A stretch of 63,549 nucleotides of DNA, counting the filler, from Parasitella parasitica NRRL 2501 (Eukaryota; Fungi; Mucoromycota), in the NCBI GenBank assembly GCA_025201805.1. It is 5 parts of 5 records of this genome, joined end to end, with 100 filler letters (N's around TTAATTAATTAA, not from the genome) between each part and the next. Parts side by side here need not be neighbours in the genome. Positions count along the whole stretch, not along the records: positions 1 to 28,141 come from MU619294.1; 4 more parts are not named here. The stretch is one strand, 5' to 3'. Within the stretch, counting starts at the first letter, position 1, and every line of letters starts with the position of its first letter. Positions 12,906 through 27,005 of this stretch are shown one piece after another. The notes below the pieces were generated by a model. That model saw only the letters and a program-made list of their open reading frames with translations. It was not told the DNA's origin and ran no database searches. A program made the translations under genes and the position numbers.

Positions 12906-13440
12906 GAGCAGCAGCAACAGCAACAGCATACAGCCTATTGCAGTATTTTCTCCAATGTCACCGTTAACACCAACTTCACCGACCAATAGCAGTATTCTAA
13001 CTTTTGGAACTAACAATACTTTGCCAACTACTTCAACAACCCATAGAAATAGTAGCAGTAATTTGGATTCGTTTAAAAGAAAATCCAACTTTAATCACTC
13101 TAAACCTAATCCTAAATTCGCAATGATATATCCCTCGTCATCGCCCAAATTCAATATTGCGCCTACCACAGATACAAGCAATAGTCTATTCCATCGTTTT
13201 CAGCCGCCATCTTCCTTATCACAATCATCGTCTTCAACACCACCTCTGCACATGCAAAGTAGTTCCATAACAGTGACACATCCAACGCAACAGTACTTCT
13301 TACAAACATCCAGTAGCACTCTGAATGCAGCCGCTTCTGCTGCACAAAACAAATCAAGATCTAGTATACCTTCACAAGAAACTGCTGTAGCGCCACCTGA
13401 TAGGAAAATGGAAATGAGCATTAGATCTTTGCTTTGTTGA
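11145..13440 (+). CDS. Zn(II)2Cys6 transcription factor with PAS-like domain
   Basis: Spliced AC-VNCKTAHLACD-VSRPCKRC...TC cluster, KKRGRPK, PAS-like WGYYPQELAHRSLYDFISPKD, C-terminal MSIRSLL; start codon and first intron approximate. Confidence 0.88.
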
Positions 13441-13593
13441 AATAAATAAGGGCTTCAGTTACTATATAAAAACCCCGCCCCACACAATATAAAATTAAGA
13501 CTTCCGCTCAAATCGAGGGTATCGTTTTTTTCCTTTCCTTCCCTTTCTTTTCTTCCTTTCCATTCTCTACTTTTGTAAGGAAAAGTATACATT

Positions 13594-14866
13594 ATGGCTG
13601 AAGGACTTACTTCAAGTAATATGGGACCTCACTCTAAACTGACTGCTGAAGAGTACAGAGCTCGCAAGGTTGCTCTTATCACTGGTAAGTTGTTAAAAAG
13701 TTGGCATTGCGTTGGGGTCCAAGCAAATCTGTTTGATATTATGGAAACTAAAAATGGAAATTTCATTGTGATTTGACAGGTGTCACTGGGCAAGATGGCT
13801 CTTACTTGGTTGAGTTTTTACTGGAGAAGGGCTACGAAGTCCACGGTATCATCCGTCGTTCATCTTCTTTCAATACTGGCCGCATCGAACACATTTACAG
13901 AGATAGACATGAAACTGGTAACGTTTTATATTGGGTTTGTTTTGGATTTCTCCTAAATCGCATCTTCGTATAGGTGTCAAGTTTTTTCTTCATTACGGAG
14001 ATTTGACTGATTCCACTTGTTTGGTTCACATCATTTCCAAAGTACAGCCTACAGAACTCTACAATTTAGCAGCCCAGTCTCACGTCAAGGTTTCCTTTGA
14101 CATGTCCGAATACACTGGCGATGTCGATGCTCTTGGTACACTTCGTCTTTTGGATGCCATCCGTACGTGCGGCCTCAGTGATCGTGTTCGTTTCTACCAA
14201 GCCTCTACTTCTGAACTATATGGTAAGGTCATGGAGACCCCTCAAAAGGAGACGACGCCTTTTTATCCTCGTTCCCCTTACGGTGTTGCCAAGCTCTATG
14301 GCTACTGGATTGTGCGCAATTATCGTGAATCATACAATATGTACACTTCTAACGGTATCCTGTTTAACCACGAGAGTCCTCGTCGTGGTCGTACATTTGT
14401 GACGAGAAAGATTACCCGTGCTGTTGCTGATATCCATTTGGGCCGCCAAGAGTGCTTATATTTGGGTAATATTGATGCTAAACGTGATTGGGGCCATGCT
14501 CGTGATTATATTGAGGGCATGTGGCTCATGTTACAACAAGACCAGCCAGACGATTTTGTATTAGCTACCGGAAAAACATACACTGTCCGTAGTTTTGTTG
14601 AAACGGCTTTCAAGAAGACTGACCGTACTATCGTCTGGGAAGGTGAGGGTGTCAATGAGATTGGCAAGGATGCCAAAACTGGCAAAGTACTTGTGCGCAT
14701 TGATCCAAAGTATTTCCGTCCTGCTGAAGTCGAACTGCTGTTGGGTGATCCTACAAAGGCCAAAACCATCTTGGGGTGGATACCGAAAGTCACATTCGAT
14801 GAACTTGTAAGTGAAATGGTTACAGAAGATATCAAAGCCGGTCTCAATTCTTCGACTTTGATGTAA
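13594..14866 (+). CDS. gmd: GDP-mannose 4,6-dehydratase (GDP-fucose pathway), 3 exons
   Basis: [60 protein letters not shown]. Confidence 0.97.
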
Positions 14867-14885
14867 AATTACACAATATGCTGTC

Positions 14886-14918
<33 letters not shown>

Positions 14919-14976
14919 CTCTCCATTACTCTCAATAAAAGAGTTCATATTACATTCCATGGTTTTAGCTCGCATT

Positions 14977-15168
14977 CTATTCAAACCCAAGTGAATCTTG
15001 ATCAAAGTATACATCTTTTGAGAATAAGGAGGCACCAATAGTCTTAAAAATAGCAAAGGGAAAACGAGGATAGTCGAGCTGGGAAGGGGCTTCGAATATG
15101 ATTTCGAGCGGGTGTAAGAGCAGATTGATATGGTTAAACCGCTCCACAGCAGTATCAGAGCTCGTCAT
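14977..15168 (-). CDS. Possible small hypothetical protein
   Basis: 63-aa ORF with AAAATG context and higher GC than its flanks; no recognisable motif. Confidence 0.25.
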   Translation of the reverse strand: MTSSDTAVERFNHINLLLHPLEIIFEAPSQLDYPRFPFAIFKTIGASLFSKDVYFDQDSLGFE

Positions 15169-15663
15169 TTTCGAACACTGTGCTACTCGTAACTAAAATC
15201 ACCGAAAGTAGATAATATGATGATAGAGTCTCATCGCTATTCATGGACAACCGAGGAATATGCCATTGAGTACTGTTGTGCTTGGGTGATATTACCGTTG
15301 TTATGCATAAAAATCTGTTGAAGCTGGAAGTATATTTTTAAACCTTTCGTTAAAGTTAGCTTCATTGAGAGTTTATAGTTACAGTGATTTGACATCCAGA
15401 GTAGTTTTTTTTTCTTTATTATGAATAAAAGCGTGATATTGATAGCAATGCTATAAGCAGTGCAGGATAGATGTGCTTGCCATTTTATTTTATCGTAGGA
15501 AGGCAAAGTAGTTTTGACAGCGCCATCCTAAATTTGGAAGACTGCCTTCCTAAGCTTAGGGGTTCAATTGGTTATCACTTTCATCTACGGTGCAATTGTT
15601 TTGGACAGCTGTATGAGATTTCTAGCTTTTGCTTCTTCTTCATTTGTACGATAAAATAAGAAT

Positions 15664-17138
15664 ATGCCACCTCAAGAGCCTACAATTCCAGCTTCGAGTC
15701 TACTATCGTCTCAAAACTCTTCAAGCGAGTCTTTGGATTTGATGAGAAGTGATTACATCCAAGGAACTGCAAAAAAGTAAAGCTGATATTTTAACATGCC
15801 ATTCTGAGTATACCCTGCAGTAACACTGTCATAACCTGTAGATCATATCATACCGAGTATACCCGTGAACAATTGGTAAGTTACACATTAGAAAAGCAAG
15901 CTGTGGCAAAAAGTAATAATTTTTTTTTTTTTTTTGTTAATAGCTGTCATTTGCAAAATGCTTTACGTCAGACGTCGTAACGGCATCATGTCGGTTTATG
16001 GAAGTGATCAACTTTTTAACAGCTGTGCCTAGTGTTATTATTCGATATGGCATCCTGTTTCCTCTTCGATTTTTAACTCTTGGAGCATCCACAATCGCCT
16101 TTTTTCTGACATTACCGATTGGCGTCACGTTGAAAAGCAGCGAAATCGTAGTAAGCTAGATTTTATAGATATGTTTTCAAAAACCTCAAGCTTATCTTTG
16201 TTCTCTATGTTCTAGTCGCTTTGTGTAAAATACTACTGCAAAGGCATATTGTTTTCGTTGGGTGTCAAAACGAATTACATTGGAGAGAAGCCTCAATTGA
16301 ACGAACCGCATGTCTTTGTTGTATGTAAAAGTGGATTGCTTTGATTTACAAAGGCTCTAATCCTTGTATAGGCTAATCACACCTCATATCTGGATTACAT
16401 ATTGCTGGGTGCACACAAATTCCCGCACGCTGTGGTGATGGCAAGACACACAGGTGCATTAGGTAAGCATGCACCGTTCAACTAGATGCATCCAATCTAA
16501 CGCTCAAACAGGGTTCTTGCAGAATAACGGGCTGAATTATCTTCATTCATTGTGTTTTGATCGCTCCAATGTCACTGAGCGTAAAGATTTGTCAGAACGG
16601 TATGATATCCATACAATAGCTAGAGATGGAATGGTTAATCACGTTGTATTCATAGTTTGAAGAAACATGTAAAATCAGCCGACACTTGGAAAAATCCCAT
16701 GATAATATTTCCAGAAGGAACTTGTGTGAACAACAAATATGCCATTCGGTTTCAAAAAGGCGCCTTTGAATTGGGTGTTAAAGTCTGTCCTGTTGGAATC
16801 AAGTAAGCTCGTTTCGTGTGCTGATCTTGCTACTATTGTGACTAAATATGATGTGTAATAGGTACAACCGTTATTTTGGAGATCCATATTGGGATACTCG
16901 AAAAGGGTTCATGTATTATGCTTACTACAGAATGACAAGGTGGATCACACCAGTAGACATAGTCTATTGTAAACCTGAAGTATCCCGTAGAGACGAGACG
17001 TCGGTGCAATACGGTGAGCGTATCAAGGATGGAATTGCGACCAGCATTGGGTTGGAAAAAGTAGACTTTAATGGCATGGCAAAACGAGATCTCTTACAAG
17101 TCTTGAAAGAAGAGAAAGAATCAAAGAAAACCCTTTAG
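15664..17138 (+). CDS. Glycerol-3-phosphate/lysophospholipid acyltransferase (GPAT3/4-GPAT9-like), multi-exon
   Basis: ANHTSYLD (HxxxxD), IFPEGTCVNNKY, FQKGAF, YNRYFGDPYW. Confidence 0.9.
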
Positions 17139-17416
17139 ACGCCTTTCAAGCATTTTTGAATGAAATAATAATATATCACACATAGAGCTCATTTTATCAT
17201 TATCCCCTGTTTTACATAAAAAAGAAGATCAATGTTACTACATGTTTGATTGGGTATTTTATAAACAGTTGCCGTCACTCGACATGTAACATTCGTATAA
17301 ATGTTTTGCGCCGCGCTTTTCTCTTTCTTCTTTCTCTTGTTTTTTATTTTTTTAGTATCCATATTACCCCTTGATATTATTTCACAAAAAAAAAACACAA
17401 AGTAAACGTAATCAAT

Positions 17417-19858
17417 ATGTCTTGCTTACATGTCAATATTAATCCTGATGGCGGAAGCTGCGCAGACTGCGGATTGTGTATGCACGAAGTTGTTTTCGGT
17501 GGCCTTTGTGCACTTTGTGGAGCGGTTGTGGACCAAGAGTAAGCTTTCAGAAATACGCTTTTCTTCAATTTTCTGATTTTATTCTCGTTGTATACAGTGA
17601 AGACAATGACTATACTAGCAATCATATTGATATGAGCCACGATGCTAGCGGGATCACTGTTAGCAAGAAGGTAATTTTTAACATGGATTTTAGCTGTGGT
17701 TCCCAGGAAGCTAACCTTCCTCCAATTACAGGAAGCCGAGCGCATTCAAAAACAAGATGAAGCAAGATTACTCAAAGCAAGAAAACTTTCTCTTATTGTT
17801 GATTTAGATCAAACAATCTTACATGCTGCGTGGGAACCTCACATTGCAGAATGGGTAGACAAACACAAGCAGCAAGGAGACAGCCGAGCAAAAGACATGA
17901 GCACCTTCACGCTTGATGGTAGCAAATACACAATTAAACTACGACCTGGAACAATCAAATTTCTCAAAGAAATGTCAAAACTTTACGAAATGCATGTGTA
18001 CACAATGGGCACTCGTGCTTATGCCAAAGCTATTACTGCAGTGATTGACCCCTCCATGGAATTATTTCAAGACCGTATTCTTACTCGTGACGAAAATGGA
18101 AGCTTAACAAAGAAACGTTTGGATCGATTATTTCCTGCAGATCAAAGCAAAGTCGTAGTGCTTGACGATCGGGCTGACGTTTGGGATTATTCACCAAACC
18201 TTATCCAAATCAAACCGTACGAATACTTTGCAGGTGTAGGCGACATCAATGCGCCACCCAACGCTCAGCCAAACAACATAATACCCACTGAAATAACGAA
18301 TGGAGATGTAAATACTGCAGATGTAAATAGCAAAGAGCAACTCGAAGCCAATGAAGCAAAAACTATTGTAAATAACACAGATCAAGCCGAAACTAATGAT
18401 TCAAACCATACTGTAAATAGCTTGGATGTAATAAATCAACACGACGATGAAAACAATTTAGAATCAGGTTTAGAAACAAGCTCTGGATCAAGTTCTGATG
18501 AATCGGATGACGAGAATGAGCACAATCATACCGAAAAAGCAACTAGTACTAGCATTAGCATTGATCATGATAAAAACTCAACAAGCAATGATTCAACTAC
18601 TCGATTAAGCAATCAAGAAGAAAAACCAACTGAAACTGGATCACAATCTTCAGATACACTTCCTCAAGTCTCAGCTAAAGATCAGTCAAACGATACAGAG
18701 TTGGAGGCTTCAAATATTCCGCTTAAAGATGAGCCACATGATACAGAGCCACAAAACTCAATCAATCAATCCCAAGAAAACAACGAGATCCTGCCCTCCC
18801 CAAACACTGAAACTCTATCGCAAGACAAACCAACTAACAGTATACTTGCAAGCTTTACTCCTCAGCACGAAGACACGGATAGGATTCTTGATGTCATCAG
18901 CAATACACTAACCGACGTTCACGATGAATTTTATCGCCGGGTCGACAAAAACGAACCTGAACCTCACGTTGCTAACATCTTGCCTGAAATTAAAAGAAAT
19001 GTCTTGAAAGACTGTACTCTTGTCTTCTCGGGTGTTATTCCTCTTCAGCAAAGAACACAAAATGCAATAATTTGGAGAATGGCGGCTGCATTTGGTGCCA
19101 ATTGCCTTGAAGATTTGACAGGGAAAGTAACGCACCTCATTGCTGCCAACGTAAGTATATGTAAATTTCTATCTTACCATCGAATACATTTTAATCTCCC
19201 CTCTATCTCTTTTTTGTTGTTGTTTTTGTTATTTTTTTTTTTTTTTTTTTTTTGTTTTATTTAATTGTTTCTTTCTTTTCAGTTATTTTTCCTCCAATAG
19301 ACTGGCACATCAAAAGTCAACACAGCTCGTAGATATAAACAAATCAAAATAGTGTCACCACCGTGGCTGATGAATTCGATTTGGAATTTCAAAAAACAAA
19401 GCGAAACACAATACTTGATTCCTGCTGAAGATGTAACTTCAGAAGTTGAAAACCCAGAGGAAACATCGCTGGAATTCGATATAGACGAAAAAGAAATTGA
19501 CATGGATTGGGATGATTCAGAAATCGACGAACTTTTGGCCGATGACACTGGCACTGACGGCAATCACACTCCTGCCCCTCCCAGCTCTGTTGGACCAGAT
19601 GGTGTTCCTGATATCTATGACCTGGCCAATGGAAATGCCTCTGACGCAGAACTAGAAGAAATGGACGATGCCGACTGGCTTGGGAAAGCACTAGACGGAA
19701 TGGATGAAAGTGACGAAGATGGTGATTATGGAGATGTCGAGAGTGTGGCGTCTGGCTCCTCTTATGCCTCTTTCTCATCAAAAAAAAGGCAAAGGGGTTT
19801 TGACGATGACCAACTAGAAGAAAATGAATCACCCAACTTAAAAAGAAGACCAATATAA
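17417..19858 (+). CDS. FCP1: RNA polymerase II CTD phosphatase FCP1
   Basis: C.HEVVFGGLCALCG, LIVDLDQTILHA (DxDxT), KLRPG, DDRADVW, BRCT domain (LVFSGVIP...VTHLIAA...GTSKV...VSPPWL), acidic tail. Confidence 0.95.
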
Positions 19859-20281
19859 CTACAAAAACACGCAGAAAAATCTACAAGAGAAATAGACACT
19901 CGATTCTTATTTTTTTTTGTAAAATTATATCATCGCTCAATATAAATATTAAAAAAAAAAAATCACGTTAATCAAACTGGATCATTTACTGTTATGCTTT
20001 CACACGTGCTGTCAGTAATTTAGGTATATACAAACAATACAGTAACAACATAACAAATTTTTTTTGGACCTTGTTGAAAGTTTTATTGAGTAATTTATGG
20101 GTAAAAAGTCTAAAAAAAAAAAAAATCTTGATATAATTAAGAGCTATGTACACAGCATAAAAATGCAAGAGGGAAAGAGAGATAGAGATAGAATAATTGC
20201 TGATAGGATATGTTGTTGAAACACATATTTACAAGAGGGAAAGAATTACAATATAAGATAGAGATGAAAATAGATTGGTGT

Positions 20282-21910
20282 CTAGGCAATGAAACCGATC
20301 ACTTTGGACCAGACTTTCTTCCACTTGGGAATAGGTTGGCCATTGATATCTAAACCTTCATCCTTACGAAGATCAAGGACGGTGTCTTGGAAAGTACCAG
20401 TCTCAAAGTCCATGTCCTCATTCTTGATGAACGCAGGGCGCTTCCATAGCTTATGAACGCCATATAGAACGACGGCCAAAATCAACCCGATATACGTAGA
20501 AATCACACCTGTAGCAGTAATGGGAGCAATAAAAGATTTGTAACCTTGCCCAAAGATAATAATAGTTCCAACAATGATGACAAAGATGTCACAGATAGGG
20601 AAGAGAGGAGCAACGTAAGGAAGTGCAGACAAAGAGCGGCCTTGAGCAATGTAGCCCTGACGGAACCTGACATGAGTAATCGAAATGGAAACCCAAGTGA
20701 TCAGACCAGCAAGAGAAGTAAGACAAGTCAACCAAGTAAACACCACGCCAGAGCCAAAAAGAGAAGTCAAGAAAGCAAGACAACCGACACCACAAGTAGC
20801 TAATACAGACCAGATAGGAATACCCCAACGATTAACACGAGTAAATACTTTGGGAGCATAGCCATCGGTAGCCAAAGACAAGAGGGTGCGAGAAGAAGAG
20901 TACACACCAGAGTTACCAGCGGAAATCATAGTAATCAAAATGACGGCATTCATCATATCAGCGGCCCAAGCCGCACCCGCTTTTTGGAAAACGAGGGTAA
21001 AGGGAGAGACAGCAATGTCGTTCGCACCAGACATGAGATTAGGGTCAGTATACGGAATAATGAGGCCGATAATCAAGATGGAAAGGATATAGAAGAGTAC
21101 AATACGATAAAAAACTTGCTTTACAGCAGCAGGAACAGTTTTATGGGGATTAGCCGACTCGCCAGCAGTAATACCAACAATCTCAACACCATTGAAGGAG
21201 AAAGCAGCAGTGATAAAAACGTTAAAGACGCCGATAAACTGGTTAGGGAAAGCACCACCCTCCAGATGGAAATTCGAGACGCCATAGTAAACACCACCAA
21301 CAGCACCTGTATCTACGCAAATACCAACAATGATAAAGATGACAACAACGATAATCTTGACAAACGAGATCCAATATTCGATTTCACCGTAGCCTTTGAC
21401 GGAAAAGACATTGATGACGACCAAAATGACAAGACAAATAACAGACCAAACAACGCTATTAACAGATTTCACCCAGTACTCCATAATCATGGCAACACCA
21501 GTCAATTCAACAGCTACGCCAACGGCCCAGTTGGCCCAATAAACCCAACCCACTGTAAAACCAAGAGATGGGTCTGCGAAACGAGTAGCAAAGTGAGAGA
21601 ATGAGCCGGCAACAGGGATATAAGCAGCCATTTCACCCAAACTCATCATGACACAGAAAACCAAGACGCCTACAAGGGCGTAGCCTACGAGAGCACCGCC
21701 TGGTCCACCAGCTACGATGGCTTTACCAGATGACATAAAGAGACCAGTGCCGATAGTGCCGCCAAGGGCAATCATTTGAATATGACGGGCCTTCAGGCCA
21801 CGCTGAAGGGTGTGTCCCTTTTTTTGAGTGCCAGAGTCATCTGAAGTGAAGCTTTCGGCATCTTCAATGATTGTTTGATTAGTGGTCTGAATTTTTTCGC
21901 CAAGATCCAT
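20282..21910 (-). CDS. Amino-acid permease (APC superfamily, YAT family), intronless
   Basis: LKARHIQMIALGGTIGTGLF, SLGEMA, GEIEYW, GVEIVGITAGE; many hydrophobic segments. Confidence 0.96.
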   Translation of the reverse strand: MDLGEKIQTTNQTIIEDAESFTSDDSGTQKKGHTLQRGLKARHIQMIALGGTIGTGLFMSSGKAIVAGGPGGALVGYALVGVLVFCVMMSLGEMAAYIPVAGSFSHFATRFADPSLGFTVGWVYWANWAVGVAVELTGVAMIMEYWVKSVNSVVWSVICLVILVVINVFSVKGYGEIEYWISFVKIIVVVIFIIVGICVDTGAVGGVYYGVSNFHLEGGAFPNQFIGVFNVFITAAFSFNGVEIVGITAGESANPHKTVPAAVKQVFYRIVLFYILSILIIGLIIPYTDPNLMSGANDIAVSPFTLVFQKAGAAWAADMMNAVILITMISAGNSGVYSSSRTLLSLATDGYAPKVFTRVNRWGIPIWSVLATCGVGCLAFLTSLFGSGVVFTWLTCLTSLAGLITWVSISITHVRFRQGYIAQGRSLSALPYVAPLFPICDIFVIIVGTIIIFGQGYKSFIAPITATGVISTYIGLILAVVLYGVHKLWKRPAFIKNEDMDFETGTFQDTVLDLRKDEGLDINGQPIPKWKKVWSKVIGFIA

Positions 21911-23755
21911 GCTGATGTTGATGTTGATGTTGATGTTGAATTGTATAGGAAGCTATTATTTCGTTTGTTCTTTGATAAAAAAAAAAAAAAAAAAAAAAGA
22001 GTAGATTGTGGTTGTATTTTAATTTAACTTTGTCTATTTGAGCTTGTGGCCAAAGACCCGGATGTGTAAAACTGAATGTAGAAAAAAAGATAAATGTAAA
22101 AGAAAAGGTGATCCAAGAAAAGGCTCTTTTTATAGGTGAAATGTCAGATTTAGCTCAGCTTTTTCATTGCAATTCCGAAATTGGTTCTAACTGCTGATAC
22201 AATAATACATATTGTGCGTTTTTTATTGTTTATGTGTTTACATGTATATTTGATCTTTATCTGTAGTTTGTTCTATTTTCTGATCTGGATCTTGCATTCA
22301 ATGCAATTAAAGTTTTCGCACGCATTATCAACAAGATTCCAACGCTCTCTTTGTGCTTGTAACCATGGAAAATCTTTTTTTTTACTGATCTTGAACTTCA
22401 ATTTGAGCAAACGAGATCCGGGAAGAATTGGTAACCATGTTTGATTGGGCCTGGAGTTCTATGGTGTCAACTAAAACCACTTTTATTGGACCTTGTCAGT
22501 ATCACACTTATTCCATTTATTTGAATCACAATAAATGACAATCGCGCAATCAGCTCTTAAAAAGGAAGTTGAAAAAGTGGAAACATTGCACCATTTTGCA
22601 TTCATATTCGCATTGGACTGTAAGCTGTTCCATCGTGTTACGACAACAACTCAATAGTTTTGTTTGTGAAATGATGATCGTTTTCGAAAAAAAAAAAAAA
22701 ATTGTTTTTTTTAAAAAGACTAGTTGTCATTTACATAAAAGTGAAACTACAGTGCTTTTGTGAGTGATTTTGCAACAATTGATATTGAAGATACAATCTT
22801 GTTTTTACTCTATCTTTGTGCATGATTGCTTCGAAAACTATAAAAAACGAATATGGGGATGCTGGAAATTGCTGGTGCACAGACGAGTTAAGGGGTTCTC
22901 CGAGTGCGAGTTGAAACGAGGAGAACAAGGAATCGAATGTCAATGGAATTGCATCGAATAAAAATTGCCAATGCACTTTCCAGGCCTCAACCAGAGCAAA
23001 GACGAGGAGTACTAACGTTGGTAGCGTGCTAGTGCTAGAACAACGAAAAAAAACTGAGAGATTGAGCATGCGGAAATATTCATGCATCAGGGAGATCGTA
23101 AGCAATTGCTCATAAGAGGCAGAAAGTAATAGAATGCTATATGCTTATCTTTTAGCAAAAAAGAAAAAAGCTTTCTCAAACTCCTATTATATTATCTATA
23201 ATCTTAGATTCATCATGACGAACGGGAAGAAAGAGGTCCTGATGGAGGATCGGATAAAATCTTCATCAGTATAGGCACACGTAATTTACTTTGTGCTTTT
23301 GCCCCGAAAAAAAAAAAATGGATTGCTTGAGCTTATAAACAAACCAAAGCCATGACATATTATGAGCCTCAGTAGTCCCCAACTAAAAGAGCCTACTGTC
23401 TGATGTGTCGGTTTGTGCATGGAGGTTAAATCTCATCCCGAATTTCAATATTTGACATTGACACTTCAATATTATGCTATTCAGCCTCACGTAATGTTAT
23501 ACCATCAGAAAACTCACAGGCGTTTATTGTCAGTGAAAATATATTATTTGTGTTATTACTTTAGAGCCATTAGCGAGAACTTGTCGCTTTCATGTTAAAA
23601 AGACATACTGGGTAATAGTAAACTTGGAAATTAAAAGTTTTGCGCCAAGCTTTTTATTAGGAATTAGAGGTAGTCAAGCCATTAAACATTGAGAGAAGGG
23701 GAGCAAAAAAAAAAAAAAGGAGACATAAGCACAGACAATAAGTGTAACATGGATT

Positions 23756-26700
23756 CTATTCTTTCTCAAATCGTTTCCATCTTTCTTCTTGCAGTGCTTT
23801 TTGCCGACGAGTATTCTGTACCTGCAAAATCGAAAATGCATAATGAATAGCATCGATTATCTCTGTATTGTTAGAACATAATACGTCGTAAGTGTTGTAT
23901 TGTGTTAATTTTCTGCTGGCATCAATAAACATGGTTTTTCTTCCTGCGTCGTACAAGATCAGTTTACAATGCTTGAAAAAATTGAGCTAATTTTCTCAAG
24001 ATTTTAGTCATATAGCACCGACTAATACCACAATGGCAAAAAGTTACCTGAACTGCACCGTTGCTTAATCGAAATGTAATAGCTTCTTCGTCAACATAGT
24101 ATTTCAATAAATAAATTTTGTTCAACTGCGTCGTTTTGGGGATTGTTTGATCATGCTTGAGTTCTTTCTCCTCATAGCTACCAAATTTGTGCAGTAACTT
24201 AGCTTTCTTTTCTAATTCGGGTGGTATGTTGTTGTAAATTTGCTCCACATAGCGATCATCTTCAGCACGATAGGATACATAGTAATAAGCACTACAGAGA
24301 TTTTTTTTTTTTTTTTTTTTTAAAAAAAATATATTCATATGGGCAATTCAAAGGCTTTCTTCTACCTGCTATCACAGCACGAAAGAACCGATCCGTCGTT
24401 GAAAAGAAATCCCAGCGTTCCGTCTGATAACCGATACGCGAATCCATAATGCTTTGAGCAGTCTACCCATGTTTCTATGAATAAGTTGCTTGGTGACCAT
24501 TGGAAATCTGCATTTGGCTTTGCTTCGGTCCGATTCTCTTTCATTACACTTTCACTTCTCCCAACCATGACTTTGATATTATCCTCCATTTGCTCCATCA
24601 TAGGACGTCTTACGGGCAATGCAGTCGGTATAGCTTTACAAGTGCTTTGTTGAGTAAATGTATACGAACCAACGAAACGGGAAATACTTACCAAACCCTT
24701 GGCTATCAAATTTTGATTTCAATAATGAAGGCTGTTGTGTAGTAGGAGCAGTTGATGTAGCCTCTGGGACCATAACTGCCACGGTATTTTGAAGGGGAGG
24801 ATGAGGAGGGGAAGAAGGTGGTGGTGATGATGATGATGAAACGGTTATTTTTGGTGAACTGATCTGTGTGCTTTCAAGCTTGTTTGCTATAGCCAAAGAA
24901 GGCGACAGCGTACTAGGACGATGTATGGTCTTTGCAATAGTTGCAGGTGCGGTGGGTTTGATATCACCATCGTTACATAATCGTTTGGGAGACAAGGGCG
25001 CACTATTTTTAATTTCGGTGTTTTCGTTACTGTTAGCAGCTCTTCTCTTTGAGGCGGTGGAGGCTGATGTTGTTTCTTTTACGAGTGCAGCAGGAGCAGC
25101 TACAGGCTGCGATAATAATATGGACATGGCAGATTTTTGAGAGTTAGGTAGAGGGTATTGGGATCTTGGGTCATAGATAGTTTCGTTCATAATGGTCAAT
25201 GGAGGCTGTATATCAAGATCTTCGTAGCACTTTTCAACATCTCTCGCATTCCGAATTGCTGCAGTAACTTTGGAGGCAGTGGTGGCTGTGGATTTGTTCT
25301 TCATGCTGTGCAAGTGTTGGGTATCGTTTGGTGTGAACAAATCTTGGTAGCTAGGAGGGGATTCAAGAGCCAGTCTAGGGATTTGGGTGGGTATCTCCCT
25401 AGAAAAAAATGGGTGCTGCAATGCTTGTATGACTGATAAACGTTGATCTAAGCAATGCATTATGAGAATGTGTAATGCTCAGTTGATTCCAGACCCTTAA
25501 AATTACCTGGATCGTTGACCAAAAGACCTGATATCAAGCTTTTGGCTTCTGTAGACACGACGAAACTATCGACTGGGAATGTGAATCGCTGCTGGTATTC
25601 ATTTTGCTTTACTTGTCTTGAGCGTGGCAAAAGTATCAATCAATGTATGGCAGTAATATGTTTAGGTATTTCTGTACTTACTTGCGTAACTCCTGGGCTT
25701 CGGTTACTTGAAATGGGTGTTTACCAAATAAGAGATTATACCTAAAAACATGGTTAGCAAAAGGCAGGTCATGCTGTATTGTATGCACTCGTTACATTAG
25801 CACGCCTGCGGACCACATGTCTACTCTATGATTATGCCCATCTACTTCTTTATGAAACAAAATCTCTGGTGCAATATAGTGCAATGTACCGCAAACAGTT
25901 CTATAATACGGTCAGTTGGCCATCCATCTATAGTAGGTCAATGTTTTCCTCTTGCCTTTTCCGATCTTCAGGAGTTAATAGTAAAGCAGCAAGACCAAAA
26001 TCGCCTAATTTACAATCCATATTTCTATCCAGTAGAACGTTGCTCAATTTGAGGTCTCTGTGAAGTATACGGTTATCAGACATGTATCGAAGTGCAGTCA
26101 ACATTTGCCCCATGTAGTATCTTGTCTCTAGCTCAGTCAATGTGCCTCCTCTTCGTTTTAGCATGTTACTCAACGTCTGCATCGTGTTAGCGAAATCAGA
26201 AAAGTAATCGCATATGTCAAACCTACTCTATTTTCGCACAGCTCTAGTATCAAGTAAATGTTGTGCTTGTCCTCAACAACACTATAAAATCGAACAATAT
26301 TGTCGTGCTTGAGACTGCGATGAATGTTGATTTCTGCGAGCAGCTTCTTCTTTGTATTACTCTCGACCACCGATGATTTTGCAATCACTTTGGCTGCCCA
26401 ATACCTTCCATCATGGAGACTTTGCACACGATACACCCTGCCAAATGCCCCCTAGCATATAAATTAGGCGTGTTTTGGGTAGCAGCGAGCGAAAAACTAC
26501 TTACATAGCCCAAGCATTCCATTTTACGATATTGTACTCTACGCTTGTGATCTTTGATGATGGGCGGAACATCTCGATCTTCGACTAATTTGTATGATGC
26601 TGATTTTTGATGTTTTTGCTTTCTCCCATCTTGATGATTTACTGCCTGGTTAGGATCTGCTTTAACTGCAGCAGTAGGCTGTTGACGTTGATTCACAGGA

Positions 26701-27005
26701 TCTACGGGGTTATTCTTTATCACCTGTTGCAACGGCTTCAGTCTTTTTTTCTGAGAAGATGTCAAGGGTTTTCGACTGTTGTTAGTTTGTAAAGGCCTTA
26801 GGCTAGCTTCAGCGACAGCAGCCATAGACCCTCTAGCTAAGCCCATCTCTATGCTAAGCGAGGGTGGTATAACAACGTTAATGTCATTCATACGATCAGT
26901 CTGTTCCTGAGAGCATGGCCGGTGTCGCTGCTGCTGCTGTTGCTGTGAGCCCAAACGTGGATTTAATGACTGAATACGAGTTTTGCGATGTGCTGGTGAA
27001 CTCAT
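23756..27005 (-). CDS. Polo-like Ser/Thr kinase (multi-exon)
   Basis: [41 protein letters not shown], polo boxes WVDCSKHYG...GFLFNDG and [14 protein letters not shown]; start codon uncertain. Confidence 0.93.

Noticed and set aside
12873-12930. (AACAGC)n repeat and antisense poly-Leu ORF
   Set aside because: Ordinary Asn-Ser low-complexity coding repeat in the transcription factor.
13594-14866. Horizontal transfer of bacterial gmd
   Set aside because: The gene has spliceosomal introns, and fucose metabolism is an established feature of Mucorales.
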